Below, one piece after another: positions 34,994 through 49,811 of a DNA stretch of 64,000 bases. The notes under the pieces are model-generated. The model was given only the letters and a program-made list of their open reading frames with translations, ran no database searches and was not told the origin of the DNA. The position numbers were made by a program, and so were the translations under genes. Positions within the stretch are counted from its first letter, which is position 1. Each line of letters starts with the position of its first letter. This DNA comes from Blepharisma stoltei ATCC 30299. Its lineage: Eukaryota; Protista; Ciliophora. Where the stretch lies: the NCBI GenBank assembly GCA_965603825.1, contig CBFDEM010000017.1, forward strand, positions 186,001 through 250,000, written 5' to 3'.

Positions 34994-36709
34994 TTAGAAT
35001 TGCCAAGAAGGTTCTGCGTACATCGCCCAAATGAATTTAGCTCTCAAAGTTTTAGGGAATATCCTTTCAATTGGGACTTCTTCTTTTTTGCACCAGGCTA
35101 CAGTAATTCTCGGATCCATATAATTAATTTTAGAAGTCCCCAACGCAACTGTTTTGTTATCATCTTTCATTTTCAGCCTAATTTCCATATTCTTCACAGT
35201 TGTTTTAGCTCTGGCTAATGCTTTTCTCGCGCTTTCTTCATTTGTAGGCAGTTTTTTATCAGTTTTAACTGGGTTTTTTCCATTCTTTAGGAATTTTATA
35301 TGGTCTTCTAGCATAACGATAATATCCAGTTTTTCTTTTAATTTGTCTTGAAGTTTTTCCATTTGTGCATCAAAATTTTTTGGAGTAGATTTTTGATGAT
35401 TGCACAAAATAGCTACTTCCCTATTGGCATCTGTATAAAATTTCACTTTTTCCTCTACAGTCTGATCTAATTCATTAAATTTTGCTAATTGCTGCTGCAG
35501 ACAAATAGATGCATTATAAGTCCTAAACACCTTTGCAGAAAGCCCTTCCATAAAGCTCTTTAAATATTCATTAAGTGAGGTTGTTGTAATTAAGTCAAAT
35601 AATTCATTTTCTTTATCCTTTCCACTAATAAAGCCTTTTAAATTTTCATAGACTTCAGGGATGATTTGTACTGTGTTGAAGTACCTCATTGAGTCTTTGC
35701 CAAGGAAATCTAAAGTAATGTGATAGTCCTCTTCAAGCTTTATGTGCTCGACTCTTAAAGAACAGCAGCCTACTGTGTCAGCTTCATCTTCTGATTTTTC
35801 ATTGCCAACACGCAATGCAAGTTTATCGATTAAATACAAAGCTGAGCCGAGTTGTCGATCAAGAGCGTTTTCTGAACGGATTTTCCCGTGGTAATTTTCT
35901 CTTATTCCTTCAATATACTCTTTTAGCCTTCTTGCTTTTTCGTATTTCAGCTTATCATTAAGTCCTTTAAATTTGGAGGATGCTGATAAATACACATATT
36001 TTACATTTGAAAAAGTAAGCTCTGGGTCTTTATAAAATGCAAGCCAAGTCACAGTGCTATTGTGAGTCACATTTTTTCAGGCATGGCCTGGAAGTGGGCA
36101 TATTGGTACTTTGTTGCCTTTCCCAACATTTATAGTGATATCTTCAGGTGACAGTCTTGCTTTCAAATACCCTGCTTTTGGGTGCTGTCCTCTTCCTCTA
36201 AATAGTCCAGGAGGTTCTACAATAATATTCGATATTTTTTCCCTTACATTATCAACTATCGCATATCCCATTTCCTCATCAATTTTTTGCTTAATTTCTC
36301 TTTCAGCCTTTTTTTCTTCTGTAGGTCTTGCTTTTCTCAGTTCTCTTTGTGCTTCAATATGAGCCTGGATCCCTTTAAAGTCGCAGCCATCTAGGCTCTT
36401 AATTGTGTGGTTTTCGCCTAAAACTCTTAGCCAGTTCTTTTCGAAATTTTTTCTGAAAATTTCTTTTGTTTCCCATTCGGTTCCAACGACTGAGGCCCAC
36501 ATTGTGGCGACTTCTTCTTGTTCTGGAGTAAGGGATACATGTTCACCATTATAAAGAATAGGCATTCCATGAGGCTGATATAATGGCGGAAACATTACAC
36601 CATGATGTTCTAGTGAATTTCATTTAATTGTGGACTTGTCTTCGAGGTCGTCTTCCCACCAATGGCTACTTTCGTGTTTCCTTTTCTTCGGCAAGTCTTC
36701 AGCTTCCAT
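34994..36709 (-). CDS. TOP1: DNA topoisomerase IB (571 aa)
   Basis: K(W)NSLEHHGV, EPPGLFRGRGQHPK, ALRVGNEK, LGKDS, KVFRTYNAS, LCNHQ and catalytic TSKINYMDPR. Two TGA read as Trp. Confidence 0.96.
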
Positions 36710-36984
36710 GGATTTATTATTATAAGCTGCCATTCTTTTATGAGAAATTTTATGTTTGTGAAATTAATTTAATTGAGTTATGATGATTTTCCTTTAAATT
36801 GGAATATTAAGGTGCTATTCTTAACTGTTGAGTGGTAAAATTTAGGCGGTTTATTTATTTTAAATTTTATTGTGATAAGTTCATTATAATTGGTAAGAAA
36901 TGATATTTTTATTAGAAAATAGACAATTTTGAGGCTTAGGTAGTTATATTTAAGTAAAAATTACTTAATTTTTAGAGTTAGGAA

Positions 36985-37527
36985 ATGGAATATACATGCC
37001 CTGCTAAGTTACAAATTTCGATAAAATCATGCCACAGAAGAGCAAGTTCGTTGACTAAATGCTTATATAAGGCTGCTAAACCTAAAAACCTTTATAGAGA
37101 TTATCAATTTTGATTAGACAATTGGAATTTAAGCTACTCATCGGAAAGTCCGCTAAAAACTTCATACAGTCAAGAGCCAGATATTTCAGCCTCAACCAAT
37201 AGCTCAATAAATCTGAGCAACCCTCAAATTTCATTGACAAATAATTTTGTCATGAGGAAAAGAATAAGGCCAAAATCAATTGGCGAGCAAACTGTTTCTT
37301 GCAGATCAGCATCTAAACCAAAAATAATTAATCCAAAAGCTCAAAACTCAAACCAAAACATAATAATTCTGCCTAAACTAAAAGAAATCAAAATAAAAAA
37401 TTCATGACTCACAAGTAAAGAAGATTTGCCAAATCTTAACAATTTAGCGATATTGCCTGAAAAAATCCGATATTTAAACATAAAAGGATTCAAAGTTCCA
37501 AAAACTCAAAGAAAAATTAAAAAATAA
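36985..37527 (+). CDS. Hypothetical basic protein (180 aa), absent from the ORF track
   Basis: ATG at 36985 to TAA at 37525-37527 is open when two TGA are read as Trp. Confidence 0.65.
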
Positions 37528-38166
37528 TCTATTTATGTATAGTTATACTTGAAAAAAAATATTTTCAAAATAATAAGATTAATCAAAAACCTTGGCATCA
37601 AAAAAGATTTAAATTTAAATAAATGATAATGTTCATATTTTCAAGATATAGCTGGCCATTAATCATTGCTATTGTTTGCTATGAACAGTGAAAAAACCTA
37701 GAAATTCTGATACTATTGAATATTAATTATTTAATATCATATAAACAGGAATTTTTTTCAATATACTAATCTCATCAATACTTCTAATCATAATTGAGCA
37801 TATCAGTAAAATTATTTAATTCGTAATTATTTCTAAAATAAGCATTATTCTTTATATTTTTTAATAAATAATTGCCTTTATATTTTGGCTTTTTATTTTC
37901 CATTTTGAAATTAATCGACTATTGCCATCCAAAATGACAATAAAAAGGACGTCTCAGCTAATCAAATTTAGTTAAATATATATTAATTTTAACTTCACAA
38001 GTAAAAAAATCCAAAAAAAATTAAATAGCGCATGAATTAATTGAATTATATTTATTTTCTCTCATATTGACTATTACTGAGTATTTATTTAAGAAACCCT
38101 TATTTATGCTGATAATTTTTTAGCCATTTTTCTATTTCTGGATATAAACTCACCATAATAACAAAT

Positions 38167-38850
38167 ATGTGCCTTATTTCTCTCAAGCCTGCGGTGTGTG
38201 ATCACCAATATTGTCTCTCTTTTTATGCTACAGTAGGAGGTATGCCTTATGGCTGTAGTGAAGATCAATATCTCTCTATAATAAATTATCAAAACGACGT
38301 CCTTTCAGACATCGTTGCCTATAATTCAAAATGTTTAGAGAGAGTTGGTTCATTTTTCAATGAGGTGAAATCTCTAGGGCGTTTTCTCTCAAATACAAGG
38401 CATAAGGATCTAGTTATGGAAACAAGCATAACTAGTGAGCAGATTTTCTCAAAAGAAAACAATTATAAATATGAGTTAAAATTAGTGGAAAAATTCCCAG
38501 AAGTGTTGTATAAAGAGCGAGGGTTTTCGCTAAAAGCTTATGTCCAGGATAGATCAGGGAAGCCAGTCTACCTTCATAAATATCCGAGATTTAGAGTTTT
38601 TCTCTATTCTATGGATAGAAAACCAAAACTAATGGACTTGAATGTTGCAGGGAAAAAAGTGCTAAGAGGGACCATGGAGTCAGAAATGAAGGAAGACTCC
38701 ACCATTTACTTCAAAAATTTGGTAATAAATGAGGTCAGTTCCCACTACACAAACGATGCCTTTCGGATTGTAGTGGCTAATCTCAATTCTTCGTCTGTAA
38801 AGCCACTTATATTAAATGGGATTCCTGTTAGAGCTAGAAGATTAACGTAA
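38167..38850 (+). CDS. Hypothetical protein with beta-rich C-terminal domain (227 aa)
   Basis: Clean ORF with structured-looking motifs (LYKERGF, GKKVLRG, INEVSSHY); family not identified. Confidence 0.7.
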   Translation: MCLISLKPAVCDHQYCLSFYATVGGMPYGCSEDQYLSIINYQNDVLSDIVAYNSKCLERVGSFFNEVKSLGRFLSNTRHKDLVMETSITSEQIFSKENNYKYELKLVEKFPEVLYKERGFSLKAYVQDRSGKPVYLHKYPRFRVFLYSMDRKPKLMDLNVAGKKVLRGTMESEMKEDSTIYFKNLVINEVSSHYTNDAFRIVVANLNSSSVKPLILNGIPVRARRLT

Positions 38851-40012
38851 AATTGATTATTAAATCATTTATTAGCGTATTTAAATTGCTTAAAATTAAC
38901 CTATAAATTTCGATTATTTAATAAGCAAGGATAAATTTGAAGCAAAACTAAATTGTTTGCTAAATCGCGAACAAGGGAAAATTCGAAAATTTTTTATTAA
39001 ACAAAAATAACTGAAAAATTTAAGTTGGCTTGAATAATAACAGATAATTCTAAATTATCAGTAAAAGTTCAGTTAAGTGTAGTGCAGGATGATTTCCAAT
39101 ATTTCAAATTATTAAGACGCTGTCGGGTGGCCATTTTTATTGATTAAAATGTTTAATTACTCAACAAAAAGCCTGGAGCTAATTTGATTTATATTTATAT
39201 TATGCCTGCAATTTGACAAGAGATTTTGCTGAGTTTTGAGCTATTTATAAAGAAAATCGCAAAAAAAAATTTTTTTAGATATCATACCAAGGTTGTACAT
39301 TCCTTCAAAAACAGAAAAATTAATTATAGTGCTAAAGTTATTAAAAGAATTTAGTAGTCAAGACTATAAAAACCTGCAAGATAGTCCTTAAACAACTAAA
39401 CTATTCCGTCTTTTAAACAAGCATGCATGCAAGCAAGCTTTTTATTACCAAATTAAAAGAGATTAATATTTTCTATTGTACTGTATTAATCTTATTAGGC
39501 TGAAGCAATTTAATTTCAATCTACTTATCTTTCATCAGCTGATTGATATCATCAATGCTATATAAATTAATGGTGTGGTAATTCATTTCCTGCTTTTGGA
39601 AAGCTTAATAGAATGGGAACCTTGAGGAAAGGAAAAGGCGCATGGTAATTGTATCCGCCCTGATTTAGCCAACCTTGGTTGAGTAGCAGCGCTTGCTAAT
39701 CGAAGTCAGATTTTTTTTTCTGGAAAAGCAAGAATTTCCTAAATCACCCACTAACCATTTGGAAAATTCTCTAGTGCGATAGAGTTATCTTCAAGTTTAC
39801 ATCTTGGCCGACAAATGACAGAAAATTCGGGTAGAGGCCATTATCAGGTAATCAGCACAGTGCAAGGCCACCAATAATGCCTCAATCTATTTAGCATATG
39901 AAACTTCCCATTTTAAAATTCCAAACCCAAACTCTTCGACCTCTTTATTTCAATTATCATTAAAATCAGCCCCATCCTCGACCTCTTCCCATAAACTACC
40001 TTTCTAATTTAA

Positions 40013-41413
<1,401 letters not shown>

Positions 41414-41539
41414 GATAATTAGAATATTTCTCTAAATGGAGCTTTTAGATTGAATTTTTAAGTATTGAAAATTAGGAATTATTCTGATGAATTTTAAATA
41501 GCAGAAAAATTTGTATTTGCTTGAGAAGATTTATAAATA

Positions 41540-42145
41540 ATGGAAGGTTTTGATGAAGAAATTGACTTTGGCAATCCAAAAGTACAGACTGATGAAATGA
41601 TGAATTTTGATTTTACTGGCAGCCAAAACCAAGCAGAAAATGTGTTTAATGGCTACTCAGATCGACCTGATCCTTTTGAAGGTGAACAATCTCATGATAT
41701 ATTTGTGGATGAGTCTAAGGATCCATTTTATGATGAGCCTGAACCAATTAAAACAGATCCAAATGGAAGACCAGGCTTAATTCAAGAAACTTCGATGACA
41801 ATAGAAGATCCAGAAGAAGTTGAAAGAACTAGACTAAGAGACCAAGAAAATAATGCTAGAATGAAAAAACTGTACGAAAAAGATGAAAAAGAAAGAAAAG
41901 GAAAAGACGAAAAAAGAGCACAAGCTAAACAAGAATTAAAGAAATGGTATGATGATAGAAATAAAATGACTGAAACGAAAAGAGATCTGAACAGAGAAGA
42001 GGAAAAAATGAAAGCACAACAGAAAAAAGGATACACAGATGCAACCAGCTGGAAAAAGGTAGCGTCAATGATTGATTTCAAGGAAGACAGAAAAGATGTG
42101 GGGAGAATGAAATCAGTTCTCTTGAATAAAAAGAATGAAGGCTAA
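41540..42145 (+). CDS. Clathrin light chain
   Basis: Acidic N-terminus, central helix (AKQELKKWY) and C-terminal WKKVASMIDF...DVGRMKSVLL. Confidence 0.8.
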   Translation: MEGFDEEIDFGNPKVQTDEMMNFDFTGSQNQAENVFNGYSDRPDPFEGEQSHDIFVDESKDPFYDEPEPIKTDPNGRPGLIQETSMTIEDPEEVERTRLRDQENNARMKKLYEKDEKERKGKDEKRAQAKQELKKWYDDRNKMTETKRDLNREEEKMKAQQKKGYTDATSWKKVASMIDFKEDRKDVGRMKSVLLNKKNEG

Positions 42146-42267
42146 TACAGATAAGAAAATTTATTTATTATGGATTAGTAATATATAACAGGATTTTTCT
42201 TTATATATTAAATACCTAAGATAAGCTAAATTATATTTCTCAGCGTTTTGCTATAAGCATATATAAT

Positions 42268-45200
42268 ATGGAAATACCTGAACACTTATATAATTGGCTA
42301 CTCAACATCGGCCTTTTCTCTCAAACCACCTATCCAAACATGCCTAACACGATCCCTGAAAGCCTCGTGCTAAATTTAGAAAGTGGCCAGAGTTTTAAAG
42401 TCATTTTAAAAAGACTGAACCAAATTAAGGTAACCGACATATAGAATAATCTTGACCGTCTGAAAACTCCTATGCCAGAAATCAACACAATCAAGCAGGT
42501 GAATTCTCCATCTGGGAAACTTTATAACTGGAATGTTCTAATACCAGCTTTAGAGTTATTTAGCATTCATGTGGATCCAGATACAAAAAGTTTAATAATT
42601 GCTGGGGATAGAGATATGCTGATAGAAGTTTTAAATCAAATTTATAATGTAGAGGTCGGCTTGAAGGAAAATAATGAAAATAGAAATTATAATAAACCTC
42701 AGCCATCAAGCAGTGAAGAAGGGCTTGCTATTGACCAGCTTAATACTACAAAGCCACTATTCGAAGCTGATACTTGTTTAGAGTACCTAATAGTTTCTCT
42801 CTGCAAAGACTTCGAACTAAAACCTAAACAAGGAGCTGGCCTATTAGCCCAGGGCTACAAATACTTAGCTCATATCATAGCAAAAGGGCTGAAAGGCAGT
42901 TTCGAGCCTGTTATGCTATGATATCAAGACATATATTCAAACACCCAAAGACTCGCTGAATTAGTATCAAATGAACTTGACTCAGGAGCCATGAACTTCG
43001 TAATGTCAGCCCTTAAGCCAGGCTTAATCTCTAAAGATATAGAAATCATTGAATGGACGCTCCGAGTCTTTTCTAAGCTTGCCTTAGAATTTTCAGAAAT
43101 CGGGCTCTTAGAAGCAGCTTGGAAGTGGTTCACAGGCGACCAATCTGCGCTAGAAATGTGCATCCATTCTCTTAAACGTGTAGGATCTGAGCTATATTCA
43201 GGAGTAATAGAGCTGTTTTTGCAGATTGGCCAAGGCAACTTTATTGAGCTTTTCACCCTTCACATCAGAAATATAATGACCAACACTACAGAATACATCA
43301 ACTTAATGAGCGATTTTTTGCCTTTTTTAAGTGAAAGTGAAAGCATTTTCCAAGAAATTATCAGCTCTGGCGTCATTGCATACTGAAGAGAGCTAGGCAT
43401 AAGAGAAGCAGACTCAAATGGTATTGACAATTATAACCAAAGAGTACCAGCCATTAATTTTCTTGTCAGCATCATTACTCAGCTTTACAGCAAAATAAGT
43501 GAAAACGAATTACTGATCAATTCAATTATATCTTTCCTTAACAGGGTATCAAGAGACCAAAGCTTCTGCTTAAAATGCATAGCGATAGCTCAGCTTTTTA
43601 ACCTCCTCGAATTTTTTGCTAACCAAGAAAGCCAGTTTGCCCCTATAGTTTACCGTGCATTAACATTTTTGTTGCTAGAAAATTACTCATCAAGTATGAT
43701 GAGGGAATTTATGACAGAAAATTTCAGAATTATTTTTAAAAATAACCAAGCTATCCCAATCAGCATTTTACTAGACCCATTAATTAAAAAGCTGCAAGTA
43801 TATGAAGAGGATTATTTTTCATTTGATTTTGATTTTTTAATCACTATTGCTCAACATCCACGGCTGCTAATCCAGCATGCTATACAACTAATTGATATTC
43901 TTGGAAAAGTTTATGTGAATAGCTTAATTTTTTGTAAAGCTAGCGGAGTCCCGTTTACGTATCTTGCTGCAAGATTTATTGAGCAAACTGTGATGCAGGA
44001 GTATTTGTATATGTTTGTGAGATATTCTCTTAATTTAGTCCTGTCTGCTGAACAAAATAAGTCAAATCCTGAGTTAAAGCAACTTAGAAATTCTATAATG
44101 GATTTAATTAGTTGAATAATACAGCAATGGCAGGACGGGCTAAATGACAAAATTCGCCAACTTCTGCTTCAAACAAATTTCGCTTATTATCAGCTTTACA
44201 GCACAAATTGTAAATCAATTATTTTTGTGCTAAGCCTACTAGGTGATACTGATAACTTATTAAGAGATTTTCAAACTGAAAACCCTGGGCTTTTTGCACC
44301 AGAGCCTCAAGAGGATCCTGAAGAAATAAAAGAAGAGGCTCATAGAGAAGAAGAAGATCAGGTAGAAAATAATTATCAAATTGTAGTATATGATGAAAAA
44401 ACTAGAGAAAAAGAAAAGCAACGAAAGGTCCATACATGGAATACGGCTATAGAAGAAATTGAAAAAGCGAAAAAGAAAAGACTGAGCATCGATAGAAGGC
44501 TAAAAGAAGAAGAAGAAAAAAAATTGAAAAGGCTAAAATTTAAAAAGAAAAAAATAAAAAAACAATTAGAAGTCAGAAAAATTGAACAAGGCAGAGCCAG
44601 AGAAAATAATGAAGTAGCGCTGTACGATGAGGGGACTGTTATCAAATATACAACAGTACCAGAAGATATTGTTATAAGAGAATTCAGTGAAGCAGAAATT
44701 GATGAAGAAAACGCAGTTAGGCTGCTACTAAAAAAATACTCCAGATTATTAAAAGTTTTATTTCAAAATTATTCAGGTACCGGATATGTGAGAAAGCGGC
44801 AAACTAACTCAGACTTCGACTGGCTAGCAGAAAGAAAAAGCAGGATTACTGAGTCAGAATATATAAAAATCCTTAAAGATCATGGCGTGATCCCTAAATT
44901 AATGACAAAAGTGGAGCTCAGGTTTCTCTTTAAAGCTTACAACCTTAAAATCCTGAAACTCTCTGAGGTAGATTTTGTAGACTATGAAGGCTTTAAAGGT
45001 CTTTTCTGCCAAATTGCTTATTTCTGCTTCTCAAGAGGCTCAAAAGACTACTCACATTTGCCTGCAGTCGTTTCAGCAAAAAGTTTGCTTGACCATATGA
45101 GGGAAGACCTTGTCCAAAAAAATATTTCTACAGAGCTATATGATGAGCCAGACCCTGGAAGAGGCGACAAGGATATCATCAAAGCTTTAAATGCAAAATT

Positions 45201-47055
45201 AAAAGAAGATCCTGATACCCCTATGCCTGATGGATACCAAAGAGTTGAAGATTTAAATATGGAGCTGTTTTATAATGTCCCAGAAATAGTGGAAATTAAT
45301 GATAACACCAAAATGGCTATAGAGCTCCTTGATGAAATTTTTTCTAATATAGGCTTTCATATTTTAGAGCCACAAGTAAAATTTTCTCCATCTTATTATG
45401 CAAAAGGTATAGGAAAGCCACCTGAAATTATCAATAGGCCACCAAATATAGTGAAGCTCTTAAAAAAAGAAATAAAAACATCGCAGCCACCAAAAGTTGT
45501 TAAACTTTCCCCTGTGTTGAAATTTGAATTAGCCCATTGTCCACAAGATGAGAAAAATATATATGAAGAATGCGCTGCTACCCTTGAGCATCTTTTGCAT
45601 ACAGTTTATTTAAAATCCAGCAAAATTATTACAAAAGAATTAAAAGTTGAAGAAAAATATGAAGCGAAAAAAGAAAGAGAAAAACAAGAAAACGAACAGA
45701 AAAAATTAGAATTAGAACAAAAAAGGAGGCTTAGGTACCAAATTATACAAGAAAATATCCAAAAAGCAAAAGAAGAAAGACAAGAAAAGCTAAGAGAAGA
45801 TTTAGAAAGAAGAAAAATGGAGAAAGAAAACCAAGAAAAAAGAAAGAGAAAGCAGAAGGAAAAAGAAATGAAAGAAAAAGAACAAAGAGAAAATTTGATA
45901 AAGCAATGGGCTGAACAGAAGCAGCAAGCTGATGGGGAAAAAGAAAAAGAAGAGAAGGAAAAAATGAAGCAGAAAAAAGAAAAATTAAAAAAAATTGCCG
46001 AAGAAAAGAAAAAAGAACACGCAGAAAGGCTGGAAAAGCTTATAAGTGTAAAGATGACAGAGAATAAAGCAAAAAGAGAAAAAGAGTCGAAAAAAGATGA
46101 AATAAGAAAAGAAGAGCTAGCAGTTTCAAAGAAAATGGGGTCGAAAATTATCGCAGAAGCAAGAAAAGACCATGAAAAGACTGCTCAAGCCAAACAAGAA
46201 ATTACACAGGTGATGGAAAGTGAAGAATTCAAGTCTTTTATCGCTAATTATATGGGGCATATAGAATTAGCATACTCTACTTATTGCAAGCAGTCCCAAA
46301 TCAAAATAGAAGCAGAAGAATCCTTATGAAATATGAATTTCTCAATTTACAATAAATTTTGCTCCAATTTTGCAATTCATCCAGAGCTCGTCAAAACATA
46401 TGATCATCAGCTCATATTCAAAACCATTACCAAGCATAAAAATGGATCTGAAAAGGTCATAGATAAAGAAGATTTTATTAAAGCACTCATTATGATTGCA
46501 TCTTCAGCAAGAAAATCATTAAACGACAACGAAAGCGAATTCTTCACAATTGATACAGTTAAAAAACTATTTGAGTATATTGGAATGAATTTCAATATAA
46601 AAATATGAAAACAAAAAATATATGAAAGCTTGTATGGGATAAAGAAAAGACCTCACAGACTAGCATTTAATAATAGTAGCCACAATAGCGATGAAGAAGA
46701 AGGGGCAAAAGCACTTTTATCAAGCATTTCTCAGAAAAGTTTGACGTGGAGAACCAAGGCAAGTAATCCAAGCCTTTTTAAGTCAGAAAGCCAAGTGATG
46801 AAATTGCTGCCGAAAATTGAAGAAAATACAAAGAAACACTCAGAAAGTCCGAAAAGATTACGGAAAAATGAGAATTTGAAAGATTTTAAAATGAGTCAAG
46901 AAGAGAGTCCTAATATTTTAAGGAAAAAATCCCAGGATAATTCTAAAGGATCTAAAATAGGAGATAAAGTGATACAAGAAATTGCGAAACTTGAAGAAGA
47001 AGTGGTACAGAAGAATAATGAAGAAATAGATATGGGCGAAGACCTATTTGGTTAA
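42268..47055 (+). CDS. Large protein (~1590 aa): calponin-homology-like N-terminus, helical solenoid, K/E coiled coils
   Basis: Six ORF-track pieces lie in one frame, joined by five TGA codons. ATG at 42268 and a 15-nt intron at 42430-42444 extend the start. CH-like LYNWNVL..AL....I.VD...K.LI.AGD. Confidence 0.8.
42430..42444 (+). other. 15-nt intron gtaaccgacatatag
   Basis: Removes an in-frame TAG; A at position 10. Confidence 0.85.
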
Positions 47056-47097
47056 ATAAATTTATTTGTGTGGATTGGTAATATAAATAATTTAATG

Positions 47098-47874
47098 CTA
47101 GTCTTGAATATCTTTAGCAAAATTGCTTGAGATTTTCTCCATTGAATCTTGGATTTTCCTATCTGCAATGAGTTCTTCGATTGTTATGTTGGAGCCTTCG
47201 AGGCTAGCTAATTCTTGTTTCTTTACATTTATTAAGCTTTTCAGCCTATTTTTGATACTATTTTCAGTCCTTGTTTTCAATGCTTGTGAGATCTTGCTCC
47301 ACTTATTCCCAAAAGCTTTATACAGTTCCAGCAATTTTAAGTCTTCTTCATTGCTCCATGGACCTTTATTTACATTAGGATCAAGGTGATTATTCCATCT
47401 TTCTTTACACTGCTTACCAGTCCTCACCTTCATCCCTTTGTGTACTCTTAAATTGATTTCCTTAGCGGTAAAACCCCATTTTTTATTTTTCTTTACACAT
47501 TCATTTATGATCGCATCTTCTGGGTCAGACCAAGTCCCAGGCCTCAGTGTACCGGTCGCAATAATTTCCCTTAATTTATTCAAGCACTGGGATGGAGAGC
47601 GATTGAGCTGAGCTGCGATCTGATATAGATCTGTCTCTTTTAGGTCTTCAATAGGTTTATGAAAGTTACGAGAAAATTCATAGGAGAGCTGGTAGAGAAA
47701 TTCTATGTGTCTTTTGTCCCAAGTCCTTTGATATTTCTTTTTATTCTCCTCCAAGGCTGGAGATGAAATTTGTGGTATCGGTATAATCAAATTTTGGAAA
47801 TAAGTCGGAAAGTATATGTAATTGCAGGGAACTGATAATGTAATATTTTCTTCTCCTTTGTATTCTCCTTCCAT
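47098..47874 (-). CDS. Myb-domain transcription factor
   Basis: WSDPED...KW...RTGKQCKERWNNHLDP...WSNEED...GNKWSKIS..LKTRTENSIKNR, plus a degenerate first repeat. Confidence 0.92.
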   Translation of the reverse strand: MEGEYKGEENITLSVPCNYIYFPTYFQNLIIPIPQISSPALEENKKKYQRTWDKRHIEFLYQLSYEFSRNFHKPIEDLKETDLYQIAAQLNRSPSQCLNKLREIIATGTLRPGTWSDPEDAIINECVKKNKKWGFTAKEINLRVHKGMKVRTGKQCKERWNNHLDPNVNKGPWSNEEDLKLLELYKAFGNKWSKISQALKTRTENSIKNRLKSLINVKKQELASLEGSNITIEELIADRKIQDSMEKISSNFAKDIQD

Positions 47875-48950
47875 TCTCCTCTTTTAAATAGTTTATAAGG
47901 TTCATTAAAATGGAAGAATCTTCTCGAAACTCCCACCAGGAAGAAGAATCCAAAAGAAATCTATAAAGTTTATAAGCTTACTAATGTGTTGCATTTATAT
48001 TGGATTAAGACTTAAAATTAATATTCTCCATTGATTCTGATAAAAGACTATGAAATATTATAGATAAGGCGGAACTAGAATTTTGGCATCATGAAAGGAA
48101 GATGCTATGGAGTCTAAACTCAAGGGCAAAGCACTAGTCAGAAATTTAATATGAAGAAGAATTTATTGAGCAATTGAAACAGATTTAAATTAAGGATAAT
48201 TGGTGAAATAATTATTATAAGAGAAATAAAAATGAAGCCATTTAGAAAGGAATTTAAATTAATTTTTAATTATAGCTATATATTAAATCAATATACTGTT
48301 TTGGAAAAAGTAAATAGATTTTAAGAATTTAGATAAATATAGAGGATAATTAAGCTTTAATTTTTTATATAAGAAGCTGTGAACTAATTTAGTGTATTTC
48401 TGATCAGGTTAGCCAGGCAATATTAGAAAGTTTTTTATTATCAAATATGTCACATCTATTTCTTCGGAATAAAAACTTTTAAAAGCATTGCTTATTGCTA
48501 GCATTATTTCTCTGCTCGATAATTCTATTTTATTTCTATAAAATCTGAATAAAATCCGACAAATCAAATAAAAGAAATTTTCTTAACTTTTTTTATGATA
48601 TAAATTTTTGCATTTTCTATTAGGCAAAAAATAGTAGACCTCGCTTAACTAAATTAATTCTTATTTAGAGTTTTAATTAAATTTGTGTGAAAATTTATCA
48701 ATTTTTATAAATGGATTTGCGCTAATACAATTATTAATTAAATAAAAATTAAAGAATTAATTTATTAGCAAACAAAAAGCATTTCTAAATAAACCATGAA
48801 AAACAAATAACATATTTAACAAGATTATATTACGAAAAATATTTCAGATGAGCAGTTAAATCTAAGCTAATATTTTGATAAATTTTAATTTTTATCATTT
48901 TTAATCATAATTTAGATTTATTAACTTATGGAAAAATTAGCTATAAATTA

Positions 48951-49799
48951 ATGTCGGACTCAAAAAATCATAAATCAAAATCACGAATTTCAAAAGCAAT
49001 TGAATCAGTTTTTTCTTACAAAGGATTAAATAATCTTAATGGTGCATATGTTGAGTCAAAAATTGAAGAAATCCAAAAAACAAAAAAATTTATTAGAAAA
49101 GAGTTTTTAGCAAGCTCATTAAATAACTTATTTGTTCCAGAGAAAGGGAAAAAATCTATAAAAGCAGAGCATTTTGCTCCCATCACTTCTTTTGCAGTTC
49201 TGACACCAAAATTGCGTGGCTACCATTTATTTTCATCAAGAACTTTACCGTCTCAATTTTTAAGAACCCCAGAAAAAGTTATAAACAACTTAACCAAAAA
49301 AATCTATGACGACCAAAAAGATATTCCTTTTCCACTAACTTTATCAATAAAAAAGAAGCCTAAAAGTAAAAAACGCCTGAAAAATCCTTTTCCTGTAACT
49401 AGAACTGAAGACACTTCTCCAATAATAGCAATTGAAAATTTTCAAGCTGGTCAAAGGGCTCGTACAGCAGAGCCTACAAACAGACAAAAATTAAGCTATG
49501 GAGGATCAATGAGCCCTGAAATCAATAATTTTGGATCTACATTTCATTCAACAGTTAAACCAAAAACCAGCTCTGGCACAAGGTCTTCTGAAGAAATTTT
49601 TATGAATATTTCAGCCTCTTGTAATGATTTATTGCAATTAAACAAGAAAAGTAAAAAAGCAATAGCAAGAAAAACGAAAAATTTGAGACGAGGAATGAAT
49701 AGGTGTAAAAACTATACAACATTAATTGATCAAAGCAATAAAAGAGCTAGTTATTTTATTTTGCATCAGAAGTACGCTAGCTGTGATAGACCACTTTAA
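48951..49799 (+). CDS. Hypothetical basic low-complexity protein (282 aa)
   Basis: Long ATG-TAA ORF in AT-rich context. Confidence 0.7.
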   Translation: MSDSKNHKSKSRISKAIESVFSYKGLNNLNGAYVESKIEEIQKTKKFIRKEFLASSLNNLFVPEKGKKSIKAEHFAPITSFAVLTPKLRGYHLFSSRTLPSQFLRTPEKVINNLTKKIYDDQKDIPFPLTLSIKKKPKSKKRLKNPFPVTRTEDTSPIIAIENFQAGQRARTAEPTNRQKLSYGGSMSPEINNFGSTFHSTVKPKTSSGTRSSEEIFMNISASCNDLLQLNKKSKKAIARKTKNLRRGMNRCKNYTTLIDQSNKRASYFILHQKYASCDRPL

Positions 49800-49811
49800 T
49801 TATAATTAAAA

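Noticed and set aside
39620-39840. RNase P/MRP RNA-like motifs (GAGGAAAG ... ACAGAAAATTCGGGTA)
   Set aside because: The match to the conserved regions is incomplete and I could not build the P4 pairing.
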